Of a stretch of DNA of 64,000 nucleotides, positions 11,988 to 22,127 are shown in pieces. Origin of the DNA: an uncultured Acidobacteriota bacterium (lineage in GTDB: Bacteria; Acidobacteriota; Thermoanaerobaculia; Gp7-AA8). Position numbers and translations under genes: made by a program. The notes under the pieces were generated by a model. The model was given only the letters and a program-made list of their open reading frames with translations, had not been told where the DNA came from and searched no databases. The stretch's first letter is position 1. Every line of letters starts with the position of its first letter. The stretch lies in the NCBI GenBank assembly GCA_963741955.1, contig CAVUKB010000007.1, positions 256,001 through 320,000 of the forward strand, written 5' to 3'.

Positions 11988-13232
11988 TTACAGGACCGAG
12001 AACAAAGGATTTGCCGATTCGATTCGCGCCTCCTCCGGCCCATCTCGCCGGAGAAGGATCTCACTTCCCTGGAAGCCCATTCCGACGATGGCGAAAGCGA
12101 ACAGATCGAGCATGTTGAGCATCACCTCGGTGTCGCCGAAGTTGAACTCGAAGAATCCTGCCACGAAAAGCGCGATCGCGAACGCCAGCCCCGCATCGGC
12201 CACCCATTGCGAGGACGGTGGTCCGGTACGCCCCTTCCAGCAGATCGAGAGGAACATCGCGACCAGGGCGAGGTAACCCGCGAGGGCCACGATTCCCCGC
12301 TCCGCCCAGATTTGAATCACATTGTCGTGAAGATGCGGTACCCGGAACCGGGGAGCGTCCGGCTTCCGGTACAGGGGGTAAACCTCTTTCACATTCGAGG
12401 GCCCGACTCCGAACAGAGGGTGGTCCCGGATCATTTCAATCCCCGCCTGGGCCATCCGGATCCGATCGAGGTTCGAGTACTGGCGCGTGTCGAACACCGA
12501 GATCAGCCTCCCGAAGAAGGGGAGGGGGCTGAACGTCACCGCCACGATCACCACCGGAGCGAGATAGAAGAGCCATTTCCGCCAGCGGAGGATCAGCAGT
12601 ATCCCGAACCCTGCCGCCCACCCCAGCCACGCTCCGCGGGTGAAGGTGAGCACGAGCGCGAGACCTCCAATGGCCGCGGCGGCGGCCGACCAGGGCCGGC
12701 GCCGGTAAATGAAATGCACCAGCAGCAGCAGCGTGAGCGGGAGGAGAATCCCGGAGAACGTCATCACGTGGGCGGTCGGACCGGTGATCCGTTTCTCGAG
12801 GCCGTGGTACCCGAGGACGAAGTACTGCAGCTCTCCGTAGAGCGAGAGGAAGAGGGTCAGGACGAAGAAGGTGCGAAAAACCACCCGCCGGAATTGCGGG
12901 ATCGCGACGTACAACGAGAGCGCGAGGGGAAAGGTGAGGAAGGTGAACCACTCACCGACCCGGAACGTCTCCCGCAAAGGATGAGGAGCAGTCCAGGCAG
13001 AGAGAAACGAGCCGACGAGAAAAAGGGCCAGGGGAAGGTAGAGCGGGTGATACGGGATCTTCAGCTCGCCGCGCCAGACACCGAATCCGGCCGACAGTAC
13101 CGCGAGGGCGAGAAACGACTCGGAGCTCGCGATCCATCCCTGGCAGAGGAGATGAGCGAGGTAGAAGAGCGCTGCGAACTGCAGCGGCTTCGGGATGTCC
13201 GACGGTAAGCCAAGACGACGGGTGATCCACAC
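11988..13232 (-). CDS. O-antigen ligase (WaaL/Wzy_C) family membrane protein
   Basis: many TM segments; LTFTRGAWLG, DHPLFGVG, HLHDNVIQIWAERG; start codon uncertain. Confidence 0.85.
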   Translation of the reverse strand: MWITRRLGLPSDIPKPLQFAALFYLAHLLCQGWIASSESFLALAVLSAGFGVWRGELKIPYHPLYLPLALFLVGSFLSAWTAPHPLRETFRVGEWFTFLTFPLALSLYVAIPQFRRVVFRTFFVLTLFLSLYGELQYFVLGYHGLEKRITGPTAHVMTFSGILLPLTLLLLVHFIYRRRPWSAAAAAIGGLALVLTFTRGAWLGWAAGFGILLILRWRKWLFYLAPVVIVAVTFSPLPFFGRLISVFDTRQYSNLDRIRMAQAGIEMIRDHPLFGVGPSNVKEVYPLYRKPDAPRFRVPHLHDNVIQIWAERGIVALAGYLALVAMFLSICWKGRTGPPSSQWVADAGLAFAIALFVAGFFEFNFGDTEVMLNMLDLFAFAIVGMGFQGSEILLRRDGPEEARIESANPLFSVL

Positions 13233-13261
13233 GGCAAGCTCGATCCGGTGCGGGGGGGAGG

Positions 13262-13498
13262 TTACGATTCGAACGCTTCTTCGACCAGCATCACCGGAAT
13301 GTCGCTGACGATCGGGTAAATGCGCCCGCACTTGACGCACTGAAGTCCGTTCTCGACCACCGGCTCCTCGTCGCGAAACTTGTCGCGATAGCGGTCGCGG
13401 ACCTCGTTGCGCCGCTCGTCGGGGAGGGCGATCATCCGCACTTCTTCTTTACAGAGAGGGCAGGCGAGAATCTCGAGCAGTTCGGCATCCACGGCCAT
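13262..13498 (-). CDS. Trm112/YcaR family protein
   Basis: LLEILACPLCK...LQCVKCGRIYPIVSDIPVMLVEEA with an internal insertion. Confidence 0.9.
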   Translation of the reverse strand: MAVDAELLEILACPLCKEEVRMIALPDERRNEVRDRYRDKFRDEEPVVENGLQCVKCGRIYPIVSDIPVMLVEEAFES

Positions 13499-13601
13499 GG
13501 CGCGTAGTGTAGCATGACGCACGAAGCGCCGTGGCGGGCGATCGGAGTCGATGGACAGCCGGGTCCGCCGTTGACGGTCGCCGGCTGCTGCATCTTTCGC
13601 C

Positions 13602-14669
13602 ATGAAAGTTCTGCACCTCGCCTCGTCCAACCGCTGGACCGGAGCGGCAGCTCCCGCTCTCGCTGAGACGGAAGCGCTCCGTCTCGCGGGAATCGACGCC
13701 CATTACGGTTACATCGGGGGATACAAACTCGAGAGCCGGATCGGCGGGCACGAGTGGACACATCCGATCCTCTCGCGCAAACAGAATCCGGCTTCGCTCA
13801 TCGCGGACGTCCGGCGTCTCCGATCGATGATGCGCGACGGCTCGTTCGATGTGGTGCACGCGCATCTGAGCTGGGATCACGTCGTCGCGAGGATCGCGCT
13901 CCGCGGAACCGCGGCCCGTCTGGTCCGGACGTTCCACGCCCGAAGGACGCTCCGCTCCGATCCGCTGAACCGTCTGATGCTGCGGAGAACCGACGCCTTC
14001 TGCGTGGTGAACGAGGAGTTCGTGAAGCTCCCTCTGTTCGCCCGGCGGCCGGTGGTCTTCACCCCGCCTCCGGTCGATCGACGGACGTTTTCTCCCGCCG
14101 GTCCCGACGCCCGCGCATCATACGGCATCGGGCCGGAAGATCCGCTGATCGGAATCATCGGAAAGGTCGCGCCGGGACGAGGCTTCGAAGACGCCCTTCA
14201 GGCTCTGGTGCGGGTTCGCGAGGTGGAAAACCTGCGGCTCCTCGTCATCGGCCACGGGGAGCATCGACCGGCCCTCGAGCGGATGGCGGCCGATCTCGCG
14301 GTCTCCTCGCGCGTCATCTGGGCCGGCTATCACGAGACGGATCTGGTCGAACATCTCCGCACGCCGGACCTGATGCTTTTCACCGCTCAGGGATCCGACG
14401 AAGGACATCGAGCGGTGATCGAGTCGATGGCTTGCGGAACGCCGGTTCTCTCCTATCCGATCCCGGGAGTGAACGCGCTGATGGGAGGGATGGCCGAAGA
14501 ACTGATGACGCGGGAGAGCACTCCGGACTCTCTTGCCGCGGCGATCCGGGAGATCTTTCCTCGCCGGGTTCGTGCGCTCAGCGCCCAGGCGGTCGACGTT
14601 GCGAACGCGTTCGACTACGAGGCAGCGGCGCGACGACTGCTCGAGCTGTACGCGCGCTCGGAGGCTTAA
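13602..14669 (+). CDS. glycosyltransferase family 4
   Basis: MKVLHL, DVVHAH, IGIIGKV, EGHRAVIESMACGTPV. Confidence 0.88.
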   Translation: MKVLHLASSNRWTGAAAPALAETEALRLAGIDAHYGYIGGYKLESRIGGHEWTHPILSRKQNPASLIADVRRLRSMMRDGSFDVVHAHLSWDHVVARIALRGTAARLVRTFHARRTLRSDPLNRLMLRRTDAFCVVNEEFVKLPLFARRPVVFTPPPVDRRTFSPAGPDARASYGIGPEDPLIGIIGKVAPGRGFEDALQALVRVREVENLRLLVIGHGEHRPALERMAADLAVSSRVIWAGYHETDLVEHLRTPDLMLFTAQGSDEGHRAVIESMACGTPVLSYPIPGVNALMGGMAEELMTRESTPDSLAAAIREIFPRRVRALSAQAVDVANAFDYEAAARRLLELYARSEA

Positions 14670-14788
14670 CCCGAGGGTCGCCCCGGCGCTCTAACCGCTC
14701 CTCGCCGAGGAGTGCGGACCCGCCGTCCGCCGCGAGGATTGGCGAGGGAGGTCGGGCGGTGCTTGACGGGGCAAAGGATTCGAGCGTT

Positions 14789-15009
14789 GTGGCTGAACTT
14801 TCAAGGATCCGGGGTCGAGGCTCGGGCGGCTCGTTTGCCGACGCAGGGATCGTCTTCGCAGCGCAACTCCAAAAGTTTGGTGATCGAATGCGACTCGGGA
14901 GAAAGGCGCGGTTTACCAAACTTCTGGAGCCCGGATTCGCGCGGCGAGCTGCGTGAGCGGATGGATCGCGGCCCGAACGGCGAACCGTGGTCCTTGAAAG
15001 TTCGGCCAC
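14789..15009. repeat. ~220-bp concentric inverted repeat (structured RNA or MITE candidate)
   Basis: outer arms 14789-14807/14991-15009 (18/19 match) and inner arms 14867-14883/14913-14929 share the same centre (~14898). Confidence 0.7.
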
Positions 15010-15106
15010 GAGGGCGGCACCCGCACTCTCACCGCTCACCGGCCCCTGATGGGATCGCCCGCGAGGTTCCGGGCGGGCGCGGGGCTTGGGGTAGAATCTC
15101 GGCCGC

Positions 15107-16366
15107 ATGAGACTGAACGTCACCAGCGAGACCGGCAAGCTCAAGAGCGTCCTCGTCCATCTCCCGGGGCGGGAGATCGACATCATGGTTCCGTCGATGA
15201 TGGAAGAGCTCCTCTTCGACGACATCCTCTTCGGACAGCACGCCCGCGAAGAGCACCGCCGCTTCCAGCAGATCATCTGGTTCGTGGCCGACGAAGTTCA
15301 CGATCTGCAGGACCTTCTCGAGGAGACGCTCGAAGACGACGAGGTGCGCTCGACCATCCTCGAAGACTTCGGCCGCCGCTTCCGCCTCTCGAGGGAACGC
15401 ACCGAAGGGCTCGCGGAACTCGATGCGTCGCGGCTCGCAGGGACCATGGTCGCCGGAATCCTGGAGGACGAGAGTGACGCCGACAACCCGGAGTTCGCGC
15501 TCGCTCCGGTGCCGAATCTCTTCTTCACCCGCGATCCCCAGATCGTGGTCGGCGACGGAGTGGTGATCTCTTCGATGGCGACCGCCGCACGTTCGCGCGA
15601 GCCGCTGATCTCGCATTACGTCTTCCGCCATCACAAGGCGTTCCGCGGCCGCGATCTCTTCTGGATGGATCCGTTCGACGGGAAACAGACCAGGGGACGC
15701 CGCAGGGCCACCGTGGAAGGAGGAGACGTGCTCGTCCCGCGACGGGACATTCTTCTGGTCGGGATCTCCGAGCGCACCAGCCGCGAAGGGATCGAGGAGC
15801 TCGCGCGATCGCTGAAGCTCTCCGGTGCGGGAGTGCGCTGGCTGATTCTGGTCGAGATTCCGAGCCAGCGTTCCTACATGCACCTCGATACCGTCTTCAC
15901 CATCATCAACCGTGACGAGTGCCTGGTCTACCCGCCGGTGATTCTCTCCGGAGGATCGGAAGAAGCGAACGTCTATCAGGTCGACCTCTCCAAACGCGAG
16001 CTCACCTTCACCGTCCAGAAATCTCTTCTTCACGCCCTCGGCAAGAGAGGAATGGATCTCCGCCCGATTCCGTGCGGAGGGAAACGCGCCATCGACCAGC
16101 AGCGCGAGCAGTGGACCGACGGCGCCAATGCATTCGCGCTCGCGCCGGGAACGATCCTCCTCTACGAGCGGAATCTCAAGACCGCCGAAGAGCTCGACCG
16201 CAACGGCTATCACATCGTTTACGAAGACGACCTTCTCCTCGGACGGACGGAGCTCGAGACGTGGACGGACCGGAAGTACGCGATCCAGATTCAGGGGCAC
16301 GAGCTCTCGCGTGCGCGTGGCGGACCTCGCTGCATGACCATGCCGCTCGAGCGGGAAGATCTCTGA
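15107..16366 (+). CDS. arcA: arginine deiminase
   Basis: VTSETGKLKSVLVHLPG, LLFDDI, PNLFFTRD, EGGDV, MHLDTVF, EQWTDGAN, ELSRARGGPRCMTMPL. Confidence 0.95.
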   Translation: MRLNVTSETGKLKSVLVHLPGREIDIMVPSMMEELLFDDILFGQHAREEHRRFQQIIWFVADEVHDLQDLLEETLEDDEVRSTILEDFGRRFRLSRERTEGLAELDASRLAGTMVAGILEDESDADNPEFALAPVPNLFFTRDPQIVVGDGVVISSMATAARSREPLISHYVFRHHKAFRGRDLFWMDPFDGKQTRGRRRATVEGGDVLVPRRDILLVGISERTSREGIEELARSLKLSGAGVRWLILVEIPSQRSYMHLDTVFTIINRDECLVYPPVILSGGSEEANVYQVDLSKRELTFTVQKSLLHALGKRGMDLRPIPCGGKRAIDQQREQWTDGANAFALAPGTILLYERNLKTAEELDRNGYHIVYEDDLLLGRTELETWTDRKYAIQIQGHELSRARGGPRCMTMPLEREDL

Positions 16367-16405
16367 TCCCGCCCGGAACGAACGGAGCCGAACGGATTTC
16401 CAATC

Positions 16406-17419
16406 ATGGCGGAACGAAACGACAGCCGGAAGACTCCGGAAAAGAAGATCGCCGTCGTCGCATTCGGCGGCAACGCGCTCCTGCAGCCGCAGGATCGAGG
16501 GACCCAGGAAGAGCAGATCGCGCGTGCAAAGCAGGCCGCGCGGTGGCTCGCGGAGATCGTGCGCCACGGCTACCACCTGGTGATCGTGCACGGCAACGGC
16601 CCACAGGTCGGCAACATCCTGATCCAGGCCGAAGAGGCATCGACCAAGATCCCTCCACAGTCGCTCGACATCGCAGTCGCTCAGACCGAAGGCTCGATAG
16701 GATTTCTCCTGCAGCAGGCGATGAGAAACCGGCTGGAGCAGATCGGGCATCCCGGTACGGTGGCCACGCTCCTCAGTGAGGTCGAGGTCGATCCGAACGA
16801 CGTCGCGTTCAAGCGCCCGACGAAGCCGGTGGGGCCGTTCTTCACCAAGTACCGCGCGGAGACTCTGGCGCGGGACTTCGGTTGGACCGTACGCGAAGAT
16901 TCCGGCCGCGGGTGGCGGAAGGTGGTCCCCTCACCCCGTCCGCTCGGCATACTCGACGCTCCTGCGATCCGCACGCTGGTGCGCGAGATCGACGTCGTGA
17001 TCGCCGCGGGCGGCGGCGGAATCCCGGTGGTCCGGGGTCGTGACGGCCAGTGGCGCGGGATCGAAGCGGTGATCGACAAGGATTACGCGTCCTCGATTCT
17101 CGCGGCCGATCTCGAGGCAGACCTCTACATCATCCTCACCGGTGTTCCGCAGGTCGCGATCGACTTCGGCAAGCCGACCGAGCGCTCGCTCTCGAGGATG
17201 ACGCTCGAGGAGGCGGAGCGTCATCTCGCCGAGGGTCAGTTCCCTCCAGGATCGATGGGCCCGAAGATCGAGGCCGCGACGGATTTCGTCCGGAGGTCGG
17301 GGAAGGAAGTCCTGATCACCGACATCGACCATCTCCGCGAGGGACTGGAGGGGGGCGCAGGGACGCGCATCGTGCTGGACGGGAAGGCGCCTGCATCTGC
17401 GCCCGTACTCGGACGATAG
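16406..17419 (+). CDS. arcC: carbamate kinase
   Basis: VVAFGGNAL, HGNGPQVG, PTKPVGPF, RKVVPSPRP, GGGGIPV, EAVIDKD, GSMGPKI. Confidence 0.95.
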   Translation: MAERNDSRKTPEKKIAVVAFGGNALLQPQDRGTQEEQIARAKQAARWLAEIVRHGYHLVIVHGNGPQVGNILIQAEEASTKIPPQSLDIAVAQTEGSIGFLLQQAMRNRLEQIGHPGTVATLLSEVEVDPNDVAFKRPTKPVGPFFTKYRAETLARDFGWTVREDSGRGWRKVVPSPRPLGILDAPAIRTLVREIDVVIAAGGGGIPVVRGRDGQWRGIEAVIDKDYASSILAADLEADLYIILTGVPQVAIDFGKPTERSLSRMTLEEAERHLAEGQFPPGSMGPKIEAATDFVRRSGKEVLITDIDHLREGLEGGAGTRIVLDGKAPASAPVLGR

Positions 17420-17588
17420 CGCAGGTGGGTCACGCCGACGCCAGCGATGACCGTCGGATTGCCCGGAACGGCTGGCGTGCAGGCGAGGTGGTCGAAGAGT
17501 CGAACTCCTGATCGACACGAAATCGTAGCGCACTCGGAAGGAACGCCCGGCGCAGGCTGCGTCGAGCGCAACCGCGGATTGGACGGCT

Positions 17589-18015
17589 TCACCGCCAGAA
17601 CTTCCACCAGGGTTTTCGTGCGGTGCTCTCGTTGCGATTCCGCAGAGGCTTTGAACCCGTAACTACGTGTACCGATCCCTCCTCGTCGAGAAAGTACGGA
17701 ACCGCCGGGTCGAACGGCGTCTTCTGAAGCCTCGCGTCGAGCCGCTGGTACTTGGCCGTCGATGGTTCTGAGACGGCCGTCGCTCTCGCGTAACCGCCCA
17801 TCGAGACCGTCGTGACCTGCTCCACGCGGAACTGGGCCTCCTCGAGGGCCGCGATCAGTGCCTGCCGATTTGGTGCGAAACAATTGGTGAAGTCACCATG
17901 CAGGCTGTCGCGAGGATACGCCTGCCAGAGCGGGATGGCTTCGAGCATCGGATTGAGCGCCGCCAGCGACGTCACCGTACCGTCAGGGAGTTGAAGGTAC
18001 TCGTCGATCATCATT
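17589..18015 (-). pseudogene. C-terminal fragment of a CmoB/DUF1698-like SAM methyltransferase
   Basis: TMMIDEY...YPRDSLHGDFTNCFAPNRQALIAALEEAQF resembles the C-terminal half of that family; no SAM-binding N-terminus upstream. Confidence 0.55.
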
Positions 18016-18092
18016 GTCCCGACAGCGACCACGCGAGAACCAACGGACCCGCGAACACAACCCGAACCACTCTCGAAACGTGTGGGTGAAGA

Positions 18093-21086
18093 TCACAGAT
18101 CGATCGTCTCGTCGCGCGCCACCTCGATCTCCTCGGTCCGGTTCCCCACCCGGATGCTCCAGGTTCCCTCAGAGAGCGGAGGAAGTGCGACCGTCCCGTC
18201 GTCGAGGACCGACAGGGTCACCCCCACATACGCGAGTAGCGCAGCGAGGGAATGACCTTCGCGCGAGAGAAGCACGCGCCGGCCCGGCTCCGTCTCGTCG
18301 CACCGAATCCGGAGTGAGTGCGTGGGACCCGCGGCCAGCGTCGCACGCGTAGTCGCAGCTCCGGTGGTCACGTTCGGACCGGCGATGATTCCGCCGTGCC
18401 GGTCGACGGCGAAGAGCGCGTAGGTCCCGGGCGGCAGCCCCTCGAACGTTGCATCCGGAGCGTTCCGCGCGATGCGCACGAGCCCCGAGGCCTTTGTGAC
18501 GACCACGGCCTCGATGGGCGCGGCTTCCGGATCCGCATCGATGTGCACCACGAGGCGCGCCACAGGGGCCGGGACGAGGATGAGGTTCAGCACGTCGGGC
18601 GGAGTCGAGTCGACATCGACCGTCTGCAGGCCCGATGCTCCTTTCGCCGCGGCATCGACGGTCCAGCGACCTGGGGGGACCTGCGGGACGAGGAATGCGC
18701 CATCATCCGTGGCGAATGTCGTCCGTCGCACATGGCCGCTCGCGTCGATCAACCGCACGTAAGCACCGGCGGCGGGCAATCCGTCCGCGGTCACCGCGCG
18801 CCCCGAGAGTGGGACACCGTCGAAGTGCAGCGGAAGCTCGAGCGTCGTCGCATCGGGCCCCAGCTCGACGCTCTCGTGATACCAGGCGGAGTTGTCCGGC
18901 GGCGTCCAGATCACCTCGTACTCGCCGGGGTCGAGCCGCGCTTTCCCGTCGAACGTGCCGTAGGATCCGACGCTGAAGGAGGCTTTTCCGACGATGTCGG
19001 TGACCGGCCGCTGCCGTGCATCGACGCCCGCTCCGATGTAGCGGAAAAAGATGGTCGGAGGCGTGAAGTCATCGCGTCCCGCGCGCTTCAGCACCACTCC
19101 GCCGCCACCGGCGGGAAGACCCCGCAACACGATCGCGCCGTGCACCGCGACCATTCGGATCTCGAGATCCTCGCGCGTCCGTTCGTCATTGCGAACGAGG
19201 ACACCGCGGCTGCCGAGGACTTCGTGACCGTGGAGCGCGAGAAGATGGTAGGGCCCGGGTGCGACGCGGTCGAACTGATACTGCCCCTGGCCGTCCGCAA
19301 TGGCCGTGAGTGCCATACACGGACTGAAGACGGGCCCGAAACGCAGCTCCACGTTCGCATGCGCGACCGGAGAGCCGGTGGAGTCGCGAACGGTTCCGGC
19401 GAGTGAGCCGGTCTCGCCCAGTGAGATGACGCCGGCATCGCGGAACGAATCTTCGTCGATACGCCCGAGGGAAACGGGAACCGTTCCGACGGCGGGATGG
19501 CTCACCGTCGCGCAGAGGAGACCTCCCTCGAGCCCCGAAAGGGTGAACTTTCCCGCGGCATCCGTCGTGGTGTCGATTGCATCGCCGAAGAGGCGCGCGG
19601 CGAGCGTTCCCATCGGACCGCGCGGCACCGTCTCGATCCGAGCGCCGGCGAGCGGCTTCCCGCTGCGAAGATCCAGGAGGCTTCCGGTCACCACCGCGCC
19701 GCGACTCAGGAAGAAGGCCCCGAGCTCGGCGGTCCCGTCGGAAGAGAAGGCGGAGGTGGTGATGGGGAGGTATCCCGGAGCAGCGATGCGCAGCTGCATC
19801 CTTCCGGAGCCGAATCCACCTACGACGTATTCGCCGGCGTCGCCGTGAAGATCGCGGTCACTCCAACCGGAGGGAGTCCGGACGCGAACCCGAGCCCTCT
19901 CGACGGCCTCGCCGGTGGATCCATCGAGAAGACGGAGGCGGAAGCCCGACCCGCTGCGGAGTGACACTTCGTACGGGCTCTTCATCTCCGGCCGGACGTA
20001 GATCGTGGCAGGGAGATAGTCGGTCGCGGCGATCTCGAGCTGCGGCTGCTGGCGAAAATCGACTCCGGGGATCGTCACCCGACCCGAGCCGTCGGTCAAG
20101 AGCCGTTCGCCATTCTCGAGGGTCACGGTCGCTTGTTCGAGCGGACCGTGATCGCCGCGAACGACGACGACAAATGGCACTCCGGGCCGGAGCCGCACCT
20201 CTCCGGCGTCTTTCCGGCTCCCGGCCAGGAGCCGGAGCGAGCGGGTGGCAAAGCCATCGGCGGCGAACTCCACTACGTGCTCGCCAGCCGGGAGAGAGGT
20301 CAGCGCGATGACTCCGTCATCGTCTCCCGTCCAGTCGAGGCGGCGGACGTCGCCCGGAGCGGAACTGATGGGAAGGAACGCGTGCGCTCGTACGTGTGGA
20401 ACCGGCCGGCCGGCGACGTCGACCAGATGAGCGACGAGCTCGTGTGAGGGCTGCAGCACGAGCTCGCGGTCGTCGCCGGCGAATAGGGTCACTCCGGCGA
20501 CGGCAAATCGAGAATCGACCACTTCCACGCGGATGCCGCTGCGCGGCGTTCCGGGGAACACAACGCGTCCGGAAGCGTCCGTCGTTGCGGCGAGCTCGCG
20601 CGTCGCTGTGCGCGTCCCGAGGAAATACCGGAAGGAAACGGGCTCTTTCGCTCCCGCGAGCCGCAGAGATACCGGCCCACCCGGCCAGAGTGTGAGATCG
20701 TGGATCGAACCAACCTCGACGGAATCTCGCTCGACCACTTCGTGGCCTTTCGCCCAGATGCGCAATCGGAAATGTGGCACGAGCGGCACACGAACGAGGC
20801 CCTTTTCATCCGTCGCGAGATTCGATCGCGTCAGCAGCGGGGTTCCCGTATCGGAAGAGACCCACCACACAAGCGCGCCGCGAATCGGTGCCGCGGTCGC
20901 CGCGGAAAGAATGCGGAGGTGGACCGTTTCCCCGGAATGAGCAATGACAGGTTGAGCACCTTCTGGCTGGACGATACCGTCGTCATTCTGAACCCACCCG
21001 TTCCCGATCGGTTCGACGGCAACCGCGGCGGCCGCCGCCGTGGCCACCAGCATTGCGCCGCCGCAAAGGATGGAAACCCGATTCAT
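18093..21086 (-). CDS. secreted 997-aa protein with tandem carboxypeptidase-regulatory-like (prealbumin-fold) domains
   Basis: signal peptide; repeated GxVxDxxGxPVxxAxV...TDxxGxF...GxY units; ATGA overlap with upstream stop. Confidence 0.85.
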   Translation of the reverse strand: MNRVSILCGGAMLVATAAAAAVAVEPIGNGWVQNDDGIVQPEGAQPVIAHSGETVHLRILSAATAAPIRGALVWWVSSDTGTPLLTRSNLATDEKGLVRVPLVPHFRLRIWAKGHEVVERDSVEVGSIHDLTLWPGGPVSLRLAGAKEPVSFRYFLGTRTATRELAATTDASGRVVFPGTPRSGIRVEVVDSRFAVAGVTLFAGDDRELVLQPSHELVAHLVDVAGRPVPHVRAHAFLPISSAPGDVRRLDWTGDDDGVIALTSLPAGEHVVEFAADGFATRSLRLLAGSRKDAGEVRLRPGVPFVVVVRGDHGPLEQATVTLENGERLLTDGSGRVTIPGVDFRQQPQLEIAATDYLPATIYVRPEMKSPYEVSLRSGSGFRLRLLDGSTGEAVERARVRVRTPSGWSDRDLHGDAGEYVVGGFGSGRMQLRIAAPGYLPITTSAFSSDGTAELGAFFLSRGAVVTGSLLDLRSGKPLAGARIETVPRGPMGTLAARLFGDAIDTTTDAAGKFTLSGLEGGLLCATVSHPAVGTVPVSLGRIDEDSFRDAGVISLGETGSLAGTVRDSTGSPVAHANVELRFGPVFSPCMALTAIADGQGQYQFDRVAPGPYHLLALHGHEVLGSRGVLVRNDERTREDLEIRMVAVHGAIVLRGLPAGGGGVVLKRAGRDDFTPPTIFFRYIGAGVDARQRPVTDIVGKASFSVGSYGTFDGKARLDPGEYEVIWTPPDNSAWYHESVELGPDATTLELPLHFDGVPLSGRAVTADGLPAAGAYVRLIDASGHVRRTTFATDDGAFLVPQVPPGRWTVDAAAKGASGLQTVDVDSTPPDVLNLILVPAPVARLVVHIDADPEAAPIEAVVVTKASGLVRIARNAPDATFEGLPPGTYALFAVDRHGGIIAGPNVTTGAATTRATLAAGPTHSLRIRCDETEPGRRVLLSREGHSLAALLAYVGVTLSVLDDGTVALPPLSEGTWSIRVGNRTEEIEVARDETIDL

Positions 21087-22123
21087 CGCAAGATCTCGAT
21101 TGCATACAGGGCCTGATGCTTCGCGCCCGAGTAATCGGCTTTCGGTTCGTTCACCAGGATGTACTGCCGCCCGTCGGTCGCGACGACCGCACGCGCGTGG
21201 GCCGTCAGGGTTCGCGGCTCGATCGCCACGGCGAGGTGCGAGGCGATACTTTTCCCGCCGGGCGAATAGAGATCGAGAGTGAACCCGTTGCCACGAGAGG
21301 CCGGCTCGCGAAAGAGGATCGCGATCGACTCGCCCGGGCCGCGCAGGAGCCCCTGTGGCCACCGATATGTCGAGCGAAGCCGATAGAACGCATCCCGGTC
21401 CGCCATGGCCGACGCCCGGAGCGCCGGCGTCGCGAGAGGAGGAGCGTCGTCGCCGCTCGTGACTGTGATCGCATGCGGTGCGCTGCCGCGAGTGGGGATG
21501 ACATGGAGAATCGACGATCCTTCCCAAAGCGCGTACAGCGTCTTCCCGTCGGACGAAAGGAGGATGTAGCCCAGGGGATAGAGCGAGCGCGCGAACGGGT
21601 CGGCGAACGCAGAGTCGGTGACCAGTTCCTTCGGCTCGTTCGAGGGTGCCTCGAGATCGACGCGTGTGACGAGCCACTCAGCGTGGATCTTTCCGGTCGC
21701 GTCCCCCGCGGAGCCCATCCCGAATGCGGTGTTCCGGTCCACGGTCGCGGCAACATAGGGACTGAACCGGTTCGCGGCGAACCTGGCCCGAACGCTTCCA
21801 TTGGCATCGAGTACGAACGTGCCGTGACGTGCGGTCGTGATGACGGCCTGGCCGTCCCCTCCGCCGATATTCGTGATCTGTGCCGAAGCTGGCACGGCAA
21901 CGTCGATCTTCGCCTCTTCACCGCCGAAGTCGACGACTCTGATCGTGTGGGTGATCCAGTCGAGGCAGGCGAGGGTTCCCGAAGGTCCGGCAACGACGCG
22001 CGCGACCGGGAAGGGGATCTCCCTCATCCTCTGTATGCGAACTCCCGGTGCAACGGCCGCGATGCCGACCGCGAGCACCGCGATGGCGACAAACGAAGCT
22101 TTCATCGGTGCGGTCATCGGCAC
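21083..22123 (-). CDS. secreted hypothetical protein, predicted beta-propeller
   Basis: hydrophobic N-terminus; blade-like repeats (FVLDANGSVR, LSSDGKTLYA, LDLYSPGGKSI); start could be 22117 or 22105. Confidence 0.7.
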   Translation of the reverse strand: MPMTAPMKASFVAIAVLAVGIAAVAPGVRIQRMREIPFPVARVVAGPSGTLACLDWITHTIRVVDFGGEEAKIDVAVPASAQITNIGGGDGQAVITTARHGTFVLDANGSVRARFAANRFSPYVAATVDRNTAFGMGSAGDATGKIHAEWLVTRVDLEAPSNEPKELVTDSAFADPFARSLYPLGYILLSSDGKTLYALWEGSSILHVIPTRGSAPHAITVTSGDDAPPLATPALRASAMADRDAFYRLRSTYRWPQGLLRGPGESIAILFREPASRGNGFTLDLYSPGGKSIASHLAVAIEPRTLTAHARAVVATDGRQYILVNEPKADYSGAKHQALYAIEILR

Positions 22124-22127
22124 CGGC

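Noticed and set aside
13252-13258. G7 run at the start of the O-antigen ligase as a phase-variation switch
   Set aside because: Short for a GC-rich genome, and the true start codon is uncertain, so it may lie outside the CDS.
21087-21677. N-terminal extension of the 1194-aa ORF
   Set aside because: Overlaps the propeller gene out of frame; the ATG at 21086 gives a signal peptide and an ATGA coupling.
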